Below are positions 33,214 to 40,257 of a DNA stretch of 62,230 nt, piece by piece. This stretch comes from Candidatus Omnitrophota bacterium (GTDB taxonomy: Bacteria > Omnitrophota > Gorgyraeia > Gygaellales > Profunditerraquicolaceae), in the NCBI GenBank assembly GCA_023227985.1, contig JALOCB010000008.1, forward strand, positions 1-62,230, written 5' to 3'. A model generated the notes under the pieces. The model worked only from the letters and a program-made list of their open reading frames with translations. It had not been told where the DNA came from and did not search any database. The first letter of the stretch is position 1; every line of letters starts with the position of its first letter. Both the position numbers and the translations under genes were made by a program.

Positions 33214-33626
33214 TCAGGTCTTTCGGATTTTATCTTATCCAGTATACCGTTAACGAATTTGCCTGAAGCGTCCCCGGAATATTTCTTGGCCAGATCCACC
33301 GCTTCATTTATGGACACCTTGGGAGGGATGTCTTTGCGGAAGATCAATTCAAAACCCGCCATGCGCAATATATTCCTGTCCACCACCGCCATACGGGTAA
33401 GTTCCCAGTTAGTCGCGTACCCGGCGATCTTATCGTCAATCACCTTGATATGCTCCGACACCCCCTTGACCAGACCCTCGGTGAAGGCTTTTATTTCGTC
33501 GCTGATATCCTTTTCATGGTCCATCTTCCAGAAATTCTCAAGGGTCGCGTCATAACGCTCCTTGGTGATATCGATCTGGTAAAGGACCTGCAGGGCTAGT
33601 TCTCTTGAAAGGCTGCGTTTTCTCAT
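33210..33626 (-). CDS. nusB: Transcription antitermination factor NusB
   Basis: 138 aa. [12 protein letters not shown]-terminus and [30 protein letters not shown] blocks. Confidence 0.9.
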   Translation of the reverse strand: MRKRSLSRELALQVLYQIDITKERYDATLENFWKMDHEKDISDEIKAFTEGLVKGVSEHIKVIDDKIAGYATNWELTRMAVVDRNILRMAGFELIFRKDIPPKVSINEAVDLAKKYSGDASGKFVNGILDKIKSERPE

Positions 33627-33627
33627 T

Positions 33628-34095
33628 TTATTTTATCTGGCTTAAAAGATTGACCATCTCGATGGCGGATAGCGCGGCATCCCGCCCCTTATTGCCGTCC
33701 TTGGAACCTGAACGCTCGACCGCTTGCTCAATAGTGTCAGCGGTGATCAAACCGAAGATAACCGGCAGGGAATTATCCATAGAGACCTTGGCTATCCCTT
33801 TCGCCGCTTCTGAAGCGATAAAATCAAAATGCGGGGTCGATCCGCGGATCACCGTCCCCAAACAGATCACTGCGTCATAAGACTTGGCCTCCGCCATTTT
33901 CTGTGCCGCGGTAGGTATCTCAAAAGCCCCGGGGACCCAGGCAACAGTGATATCATTGTCTTCCACTCCGTGCCTGACCAGGGTATCCAGGCAACCGGCA
34001 ACAAGCTCCTTGGTCATAAAATCATTGAACCTGGAAGCGACAACTGCGAATTTCTTCCCTTTTGAAACCAGACTTCCTGTTATTTCCTTTGCCAT
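33628..34095 (-). CDS. ribH: 6,7-dimethyl-8-ribityllumazine synthase
   Basis: 155 aa. [35 protein letters not shown] and GNKG blocks. Confidence 0.93.
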   Translation of the reverse strand: MAKEITGSLVSKGKKFAVVASRFNDFMTKELVAGCLDTLVRHGVEDNDITVAWVPGAFEIPTAAQKMAEAKSYDAVICLGTVIRGSTPHFDFIASEAAKGIAKVSMDNSLPVIFGLITADTIEQAVERSGSKDGNKGRDAALSAIEMVNLLSQIK

Positions 34096-34269
34096 TTTTC
34101 ACTCCTCCTGGTATACGTATACCACACCGGTGCATATTCCGATTGCACCGGGTGCCACTCGTCAAATACCACACCGGCACATATTCTCCGCCACAAGGCG
34201 GATACCGGCGTATTCAAATAACGCCGGGTGCTATTGCGCCGGGTGTAAATCATAGAAACACAACACCCA
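34096..34269 (-). repeat. Repeat-rich 174-bp spacer inside the rib operon, between ribBA and ribH
   Basis: The minus strand contains two 21-nt direct repeats, GAATATG(TG/CA)CCGGTGTGGTAT, two CACCCGG(C/T)GCAAT units and several CACCGGTG-type palindromes. A perfect 14-bp palindrome GGTATACGTATACC (34110-34123) abuts the ribH RBS. Confidence 0.6.
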
Positions 34270-35463
34270 TTAAATATCCAACTTATGCCCCATTTTCTCT
34301 TTTTTGGTCTTCAGATATATGTAATTATTCTGGTTAGGCTCGATCTCCAGCGGAACACGCTCCACCACTTTGAGCCCGTATCCTTCCAACCCTACGATCT
34401 TGCGGGGATTATTGGTCATCAACCGTATATTCTTTACCCCCAGTTCAGCCAGTATCTGCGCGCCTATCCCGTAATCCCGCAGATCGGGCTCGTAACCCAA
34501 GGCCTGATTAGCCTCTACAGTATCCAGGCCCTGCTCCTGCAACCCGTAGGCCCTGATCTTAGCCTCCAGGCCTATGCCCCGGCCTTCCTGTTTCATATAC
34601 AGGACAATGCCTTTTTTCTCTTTGTCGATCATCTGCATAGCCTTTTTCAGCTGCCGGCCGCAATCACAGCGCAAAGAACTAAAAACATCTCCGGTAAGGC
34701 ATTCCGAATGCACCCTGACCAGAAGCGATTCCTGAGACCACTCTCCCATAATCAAAGCTACATGGGTCTGGCCGTTGGTCAGGTCGCGGTAAAGGATCAA
34801 TTTATAGTTTCCGCATTCCGTGGGCAGGTTCACTTCGGAAACACGCTCGATCAATTTTTCCGAGCGCCTGCGGTATTCTATAAGATTGGCGATAGAGCCG
34901 ATCTTCAATTTATGCTTCTGGGCAAACTCCCGCAACTGAGGAAGCCTGGCCATAGACCCGTCATCGTTCATTATCTCGCAGATCACCGCCGCCGGGTATA
35001 ATCCGGCTATCCGCATCATATCCACGGAAGCCTCGGTATGGCCTGCCCGGACCAAGACCCCACCCTTGCGGGCCTTTAACGGGAAAATATGCCCGGGTTT
35101 GGAAAGTTCTTCCGGCTTTGCGGACGGATTGATCAGGGTTTCAATGGTATGCGCCCGGTCAAAAGCGGATATCCCGGTGGTAACCCCTGAGGCGGCATCC
35201 ACAGAGATCATCCAGGCAGTCGAAAACGGGTCTTTCTTGTTAGCCTGCATCGGATCCAGCTTAAGCTGATTAAGCCGTTCTTCTTCCATCGGCACACAGA
35301 TCAGACCGCGGCCGTATTTGGCCATGAAATTTATGTACTCAGGCTTGGCGAAAGAAGCGGACATGATCAGGTCGCCTTCATTTTCGCGGTCCTCGTCATC
35401 GACGATAATGACCATCAGCCCTTTTTTAAGATCCTCTATTATTTCCGCGGTCGAATTGAACAT
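34270..35463 (-). CDS. ribBA: Bifunctional 3,4-dihydroxy-2-butanone-4-phosphate synthase / GTP cyclohydrolase II
   Basis: 397 aa. DDEDRENEGDL and RAGHTEA (DHBP synthase), then RVHSECLTGDVF..LRCDCG and EGRGIGL (GCH II). Confidence 0.93.
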   Translation of the reverse strand: MFNSTAEIIEDLKKGLMVIIVDDEDRENEGDLIMSASFAKPEYINFMAKYGRGLICVPMEEERLNQLKLDPMQANKKDPFSTAWMISVDAASGVTTGISAFDRAHTIETLINPSAKPEELSKPGHIFPLKARKGGVLVRAGHTEASVDMMRIAGLYPAAVICEIMNDDGSMARLPQLREFAQKHKLKIGSIANLIEYRRRSEKLIERVSEVNLPTECGNYKLILYRDLTNGQTHVALIMGEWSQESLLVRVHSECLTGDVFSSLRCDCGRQLKKAMQMIDKEKKGIVLYMKQEGRGIGLEAKIRAYGLQEQGLDTVEANQALGYEPDLRDYGIGAQILAELGVKNIRLMTNNPRKIVGLEGYGLKVVERVPLEIEPNQNNYIYLKTKKEKMGHKLDI

Positions 35464-35473
35464 ATCCCTCCAT

Positions 35474-35504
35474 AAAATAATAAGCCCGAAGGCAATCTTC
35501 GGGC
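35474..35504 (-). terminator. Intrinsic terminator forming the FMN riboswitch expression platform
   Basis: The minus strand reads GCCCGAAGattgcCTTCGGGC followed by TTATTATTTT. It lies between the aptamer 3' end and the ribBA RBS (GGAGGG) and ATG. Confidence 0.7.
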
Positions 35505-35520
35505 ATAGTTTATTTTATCC

Positions 35521-35790
35521 ATCTTCTTCCATCTGGACTATCGCGCAGAAGCAAGACACCAATCTGACATCTTAGATTGGGTGTCGACATTCAGCGTTAT
35601 ACCCGTCCGAACCGGCACCGGACGGTATGCTGCTTCTGCTGCACCATCGGCCCCGGAATCACACCGGATCTGCGAGCGCTGAAATTTAAGCGCCTGCTCG
35701 CGGGCTATAACACCAAGACCTATAATTGATGGATTGGTGTGCGCCTTTGCGCGACCGCCGGTCAGGAATCACACCTGGCCCTGAAGATTT
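35521..35790 (-). promoter_or_regulatory. FMN riboswitch (RFN element) with large insertions
   Basis: The minus strand carries the conserved RFN blocks in order. These are TCTTCAGGGCCAGGTGTGATTCCTGACCGGCGGT, then AGCCCGCGAGC, then GATCCGGTGTGATTCCGGGGCCGATGGT, then AGTCCAGATGGAAGAAGAT. The P1 strands TCTTC and GAAGA pair. Confidence 0.85.
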
Positions 35791-35800
35791 AATGTGCTTA

Positions 35801-35829
35801 AGTATAAACTAAAACTCTTTTCTTGTCAA
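35801..35829 (-). promoter_or_regulatory. Sigma70-type promoter of the rib operon
   Basis: The minus strand reads TTGACA, a 17-nt spacer, then TATACT, about 10 nt upstream of the riboswitch P1. Confidence 0.6.
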
Positions 35830-35851
35830 GGGCTTTAAAAATACCTATAAT
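35823..35851 (+). promoter_or_regulatory. Sigma70-type promoter of pncC, probably producing a leaderless mRNA
   Basis: The plus strand reads TTGTCA (35823-35828), a 17-nt spacer, then TATAAT (35846-35851). The ATG at 35858 is only 6 nt after the -10 and has no SD. Confidence 0.5.
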
Positions 35852-35857
35852 AATCCC

Positions 35858-36328
35858 ATGGAAACTATTATCCGGCAAACAAATAAATACCTGATCAAAA
35901 ACCGCAAGACCTTATCTGTAGCCGAATCCTGCACCGGAGGGCTTTTCTCCTTCCTGCTCACCTCTTTACCAGGCAGCTCGAAGTATTTTAAGCTCGGGGC
36001 AGTAGTTTACAGCAACCAGGCAAAACACGATATCCTGGGCATTCCCCTGGCTTTGATCAAAAAACACGGCGCGGTTTCCCAGGAAGTTGCCGAGGCAATG
36101 GCACACGCTGTGCGCCGTATCGCTAAAACCGATTATGGTATCGGGATCACCGGCATTGCCGGGCCTTCCGGCGGAACCAAAATCAAACCAATAGGCACTG
36201 TCTTTATCGCGGTAACTTTCAAGAACGGATATATCTGCAATCAATATTGCTTTAAAGGAAACCGCAGCCTGATCCAGCGTCAATCAGCCCTGGCCGCCCT
36301 TCATTTACTACGTAGACGTTGTAGCTAA
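35858..36328 (+). CDS. pncC: Nicotinamide-nucleotide amidohydrolase, CinA C-terminal domain only
   Basis: 156 aa. LSVAESCTGGL and GITGIAGPSGG, GTVFIA motifs of the CinA C-terminal/PncC domain. Confidence 0.85.
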   Translation: METIIRQTNKYLIKNRKTLSVAESCTGGLFSFLLTSLPGSSKYFKLGAVVYSNQAKHDILGIPLALIKKHGAVSQEVAEAMAHAVRRIAKTDYGIGITGIAGPSGGTKIKPIGTVFIAVTFKNGYICNQYCFKGNRSLIQRQSALAALHLLRRRCS

Positions 36329-36447
36329 CTTCCTGATAATATTAGGTTTACAAATAAATGTTTTATGAGGTAAATCGCAAGCTCGAAACTAATGAAAACA
36401 TTTATTTGTAATTACTTTACTCACAACGGGTTGCGTACAACGTCTAC
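36312..36447. repeat. 136-bp nested inverted repeat bridging the pncC stop and the thpR RBS
   Basis: The outer 12-bp arms are GTAGACGTTGTA (36312-36323) and TACAACGTCTAC (36436-36447). The inner arms are a perfect 17-bp pair, TTACAAATAAATGTTTT (36348-36364) and AAAACATTTATTTGTAA (36395-36411). The internal spacers are symmetric at 24 and 24 nt, and the loop is 30 nt. Confidence 0.7.
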
Positions 36448-36453
36448 AAGGAT

Positions 36454-37029
36454 ATGAGAGCATTTATAGCGATAGAGCTGCCTGCGGAGATCAAGGAATA
36501 TTTAAGCCGCATACAGAATAAGTTAAAAACCTGCCAGGCTGATATGAAATGGGTTAAACCACAGAATATCCACCTTACCCTGAAATTCCTCGGAGAGATC
36601 AACGCGGAGCAATCAGATCAAACCGCTTCCCTACTAAAAGAAACCGCTGATAATAATTGTTCTTTTATAATAAGCCTGGCCTTGCTTGACGCATTCCCGG
36701 GAATAAATGCCCCGCGCATAATCTGGTTAGGGATTGATCAGGGAGAACTCCCGCTAAAAAAAATCGCCGCGGATCTGGAAGACGGATTGACAAAGATAGG
36801 CATCCCTGCGAAAACACAGCCTTTTTCCGCGCATATAACCCTGGCCAGGAACCGCTCCTGCTTTAATCAACAAGCCCTGGTTGGCGGAATAGCCGGTTTG
36901 AATAACAAACTAAAGAACGAAAAACATGAATTTACCGCGAATAAACTCACGCTTTTCAGAAGCACACTAACCCCGCTTGGCCCGATCTATGAAGCCCTGC
37001 AAACATTACCCTTAGGGAACAGTTGTTAA
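36454..37029 (+). CDS. thpR: RNA 2',3'-cyclic phosphodiesterase (2H phosphoesterase, LigT/ThpR)
   Basis: 191 aa. Two HxT/Sx motifs in the expected context: HLTLKFLGE and HITLAR. Confidence 0.85.
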   Translation: MRAFIAIELPAEIKEYLSRIQNKLKTCQADMKWVKPQNIHLTLKFLGEINAEQSDQTASLLKETADNNCSFIISLALLDAFPGINAPRIIWLGIDQGELPLKKIAADLEDGLTKIGIPAKTQPFSAHITLARNRSCFNQQALVGGIAGLNNKLKNEKHEFTANKLTLFRSTLTPLGPIYEALQTLPLGNSC

Positions 37030-37163
37030 TGCTCACTAATCAGGTAACTCTTTTGGTATATTATGATAGAAACAGCCTATTTACAAGAAACTGAATTCAT
37101 TTTGGCAATGACGTGTTTGTAAGTTCAAGGGGGATAATAGATTAGAGAACGAGGAACCGTCCC

Positions 37164-37613
37164 CTATTTCAAGAGGCGGAATACGATTTGAAGGATAAAA
37201 TTGGCATAAATTCCGGCGACAATATCATCGGTCATTATGCCTACGCTGCCATGCAGCTGCTGCAGCTTTCCGGCGGGATAAGGCTTAAGGGTATCCAATA
37301 TGCGGAAAAGGACAAATCCGATGATAACCGCCCAGGGGCTGAAAGGAACGAATAATAAGCTTAAAAGCATTCCCGCCACTTCATCAATGACCACGACCTG
37401 CGGGTCCTTCCGTCCATATATCTTTTCAGTATAACCGCTGAGCCAGAATCCCAGGAATAAAAACAAAGATATGGCGCCGATAAACAACGCCGGGTTATCC
37501 TTTACCAGGAAATACACCGCGACCCCGGCGATGCTGCCGAATGTCCCGGGGACCAAAGGCAGATATCCCGCCCCGAAAAAAGTAGCAACTGTCTTGATCA
37601 GGAAATTACGCAT
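37164..37613 (-). CDS. pgpA: Phosphatidylglycerophosphatase A
   Basis: 149 aa membrane protein. PGTFGSIAG, VVIDEVAGM, RILDTLKPYP and TDDIVAG blocks. Confidence 0.85.
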   Translation of the reverse strand: MRNFLIKTVATFFGAGYLPLVPGTFGSIAGVAVYFLVKDNPALFIGAISLFLFLGFWLSGYTEKIYGRKDPQVVVIDEVAGMLLSLLFVPFSPWAVIIGFVLFRILDTLKPYPAGKLQQLHGSVGIMTDDIVAGIYANFILQIVFRLLK

Positions 37614-37615
37614 CT

Positions 37616-38194
37616 TTAGATATTGGCAATGACCTTGCGGTTATCCCAGAGGTAGGAAAATCCGGAATATATGGTCAGGCCGACGATAAACCACATAAAG
37701 ACATCGATCCCCTGGCGGAAGAATTTTTCCCAGGCCGGATTCCAGGTAGAGACATTAAGCATTACTTCCTTAAAAACTATAAAACCCAGGATCAGGAATA
37801 TAATAACCATCTGGGAGAATGTCTTGTGCTTGCCCATCTTACCGGCGGACAGAACCTTGCTTTTGTTCAATGCGAACAGCCGGAAAGAAGTTATCAGTAT
37901 CTCGCGGGACACGATAATCATAAACATCCAATCCTTGATCAGCTGCATCTGCACAAAAGCCGCGAACGCCGCCAGGACCAGTATCTTATCGGCGATAGGA
38001 TCCATCAGCTTGCCGAAATCCGTGGACATATTCCGCTTACGGGCGATCCTGCCGTCCAGGTAATCGGATACTGCCGCGCAGATAAAAACCAAAAGGCTTA
38101 TTATCTTTGGCCAAAGGCCCTGAAAAGATAGAAATATCATAAACACAAATGTAAGCGCTATCCTGAACATAGTTATTTTATTGGCGATGTTCAT
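37616..38194 (-). CDS. pgsA: CDP-diacylglycerol--glycerol-3-phosphate 3-phosphatidyltransferase
   Basis: 192 aa. CDP-alcohol phosphatidyltransferase motif DYLDGRIAR...G...DPIADK. Confidence 0.88.
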   Translation of the reverse strand: MNIANKITMFRIALTFVFMIFLSFQGLWPKIISLLVFICAAVSDYLDGRIARKRNMSTDFGKLMDPIADKILVLAAFAAFVQMQLIKDWMFMIIVSREILITSFRLFALNKSKVLSAGKMGKHKTFSQMVIIFLILGFIVFKEVMLNVSTWNPAWEKFFRQGIDVFMWFIVGLTIYSGFSYLWDNRKVIANI

Positions 38195-39443
38195 TAATTA
38201 CCTCTCCCGTTAGATCATATTCCAGCGTATCTGTTATTTTTACCCTTACAAACTCTCCCGGCCTTAATTTTTCTTTTGACCTTATGTACACAAGGCCGTC
38301 CACTTCCGGCGCGTCATATTGGCTGCGCCCGAGATAGCAATCGTCTTTTTTCTCTTCTACCAGCACATCAATGGCCCTGCCCAGGAACTTCCGGTTTACC
38401 TGACAGGATATTTCCTGCTGGGCCGTCATTATCCTGTTAAAGCGCTCTTCCTTGACCCTGGCCGGGACCTGTCCCGGCAGTTTATAAGCAGGCGTGCCTT
38501 CTTCCCGGGAAAATGCAAAAGCCCCTAATCTTTCAAATTTCATCTCGCGGCAGAATTCCAGGAGTTCCTCGAACTCCTTATCTGTTTCCGAGGGAAAACC
38601 CACAATAAAACAAGTCCTCAAGGCGACATCCGGAATAGTCTTGCGGATCCGGGCGACCAGCCGTTCCATATCTTTTCTGGCTGTGCCCCGATTCATCAGT
38701 TTCAATACCCGGTCATTGATATGCTGCAACGGCATATCGATGTATTTGCAGACCCGGGGATTGTCCCTGATAAACTCTAAGAGGTCGTCGTCTATCCTGC
38801 TGGGATATAAATACAGCAGCCGTATCCAGCCGATCGAACCGGCATCCCGGACGATCTTCTTTAAAAGAGCGGTCAATCCTGATTTATTTTTCGGCCCTAA
38901 CCCGTAACCGGTGATATCCTGGCCGATTATATTGATCTCCGATAGCTTTTGGGAATTCCACTCCCGGACTTTTTTCAGTATATCCGCAGGAGAAAGGCTC
39001 TCAAAATCCGGTTTGATCTTAGGGATTATACAATAACTGCAGTTATTTATGCAGCCTTCGCATATCTTAAGATACGCGTAATGCCCGGGAGTAAGGCTGA
39101 ACCTGGATTTATCCGGGCTAAGGCGCACCCTGCCGACAAAAGCGTCCACTTCCGGCAATTCAGAGCGTAATTTATCCGCGTAGCGCTGGCTGAGGCAGCC
39201 GCAAACAATGATCTTTCTTAAACGGCCGGATCTTTTTAATTCGATCAGGTCCAGGATCGCGTCGATGGATTCGGATTTAGCGTCCTGAATGAAAGCACAG
39301 GTATTAACTATGGCTATATCCGCTTTATCTATATCCACGATGGGATATCCGGACAAATTCAGCCTGCCAAGCATCCCTTCTGAATCAACCAGGTTGCGCG
39401 TACAGCCCAAGCTTAATATCCCGATCCGGGCCTTTGCCATCAA
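38178..39443 (-). CDS. rimO: Ribosomal protein S12 methylthiotransferase
   Basis: 421 aa. N-terminal UPF0004 cysteines (LGCTRNLVDSE, NTCAF), a radical-SAM CxxxCxxC motif (CINNCSYC) and a C-terminal TRAM domain. Confidence 0.85.
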   Translation of the reverse strand: MMAKARIGILSLGCTRNLVDSEGMLGRLNLSGYPIVDIDKADIAIVNTCAFIQDAKSESIDAILDLIELKRSGRLRKIIVCGCLSQRYADKLRSELPEVDAFVGRVRLSPDKSRFSLTPGHYAYLKICEGCINNCSYCIIPKIKPDFESLSPADILKKVREWNSQKLSEINIIGQDITGYGLGPKNKSGLTALLKKIVRDAGSIGWIRLLYLYPSRIDDDLLEFIRDNPRVCKYIDMPLQHINDRVLKLMNRGTARKDMERLVARIRKTIPDVALRTCFIVGFPSETDKEFEELLEFCREMKFERLGAFAFSREEGTPAYKLPGQVPARVKEERFNRIMTAQQEISCQVNRKFLGRAIDVLVEEKKDDCYLGRSQYDAPEVDGLVYIRSKEKLRPGEFVRVKITDTLEYDLTGEVINEHRQ

Positions 39444-40255
39444 CGTCCGATCTTAAGGCCGTTCTTGGTAATAACGATATCTTTTAGGACCTGGTCCCTC
39501 CTGCCCAAAGTGGGGATGACCTTGCCGTTTACTTCCAGGCGCACCCCTCCGGCAGAACCCAAGAGCAGTTCGATCTTATCTTTCGCTTTCCAATTTTCAT
39601 CCCTGCCTTTTTTCAGGATGCTCTGGAAAACGGTTTTGCCGTCGATCTTTGCCTGCACCCAGCAATCTTCAAGCGCGTGCAAACCGGCCCTTAATTCCGA
39701 ATCCGCGCTGTTATTAAAAGCGATGCTTCCCTGGAATTTAGCTTTGGCCGCCGGGCTCACAGCTGCGGGCTTAGACTTGGCCGCTTGCGCCGGTTTCCTT
39801 GCTGGTTTCACCCTGGCATGCACGGTCGCTTTATTTTTCTTCGACCATCCGGAAATCCGGGCAGCCGTAGATCTTACAAGATTAAACAGGCCTATAACCA
39901 GGAATATAAGGATTATAAAAGATACGATCGATACGATCAACCTAAGATTGAACGCTTTTTCCGCCCCGGATGATTGTTTAAGATAACCGCGGTCTTTTTT
40001 ACCTTCCGGATCAGACGGCTTGATCGTCACCCTTGCTTCTTTATAACAAGGGATATAATCTTCAGGGCTTACGCCGAGGCATTGGCAATACAGTTTAAGG
40101 AAGCCTTTTATATATATCGGATTGAGATTGACAAAATCATCGTCTTCTATGGATTTAAGTATATCCAGGTGGATCTTGGTCTTATTATGGACGTCTTCAA
40201 TGGATATACCCTGTTCCAGCCTTTTTTTCTTGAGCTTCGCGCCAACCGATTCCAT
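39440..40255 (-). CDS. rodZ: RodZ-like cytoskeleton-associated protein (HTH, TM helix, C-terminal DUF4115-like domain)
   Basis: N-terminal XRE-type HTH (LKKKRLEQGISIEDVHNKTKIHLDILKSIEDDDF), one TM helix, a basic Ala/Lys/Pro linker and a C-terminal beta domain. Start taken at MESVGAKL (40255). Confidence 0.75.
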   Translation of the reverse strand: MESVGAKLKKKRLEQGISIEDVHNKTKIHLDILKSIEDDDFVNLNPIYIKGFLKLYCQCLGVSPEDYIPCYKEARVTIKPSDPEGKKDRGYLKQSSGAEKAFNLRLIVSIVSFIILIFLVIGLFNLVRSTAARISGWSKKNKATVHARVKPARKPAQAAKSKPAAVSPAAKAKFQGSIAFNNSADSELRAGLHALEDCWVQAKIDGKTVFQSILKKGRDENWKAKDKIELLLGSAGGVRLEVNGKVIPTLGRRDQVLKDIVITKNGLKIGR

Positions 40256-40257
40256 AA

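Noticed and set aside
34096-34269. Direct repeats considered as a miniature CRISPR array.
   Set aside because: There are only two copies of the 21-mer, with irregular spacing and mismatches, embedded in an operon spacer. There are no cas genes in the window.
37030-37163. Convergent intergenic region between thpR and pgpA, inspected for a bidirectional terminator.
   Set aside because: It holds only a weak 5-bp GGGGA/TCCCC pairing with a 24-nt loop and no flanking T or A tracts. That is not convincing.
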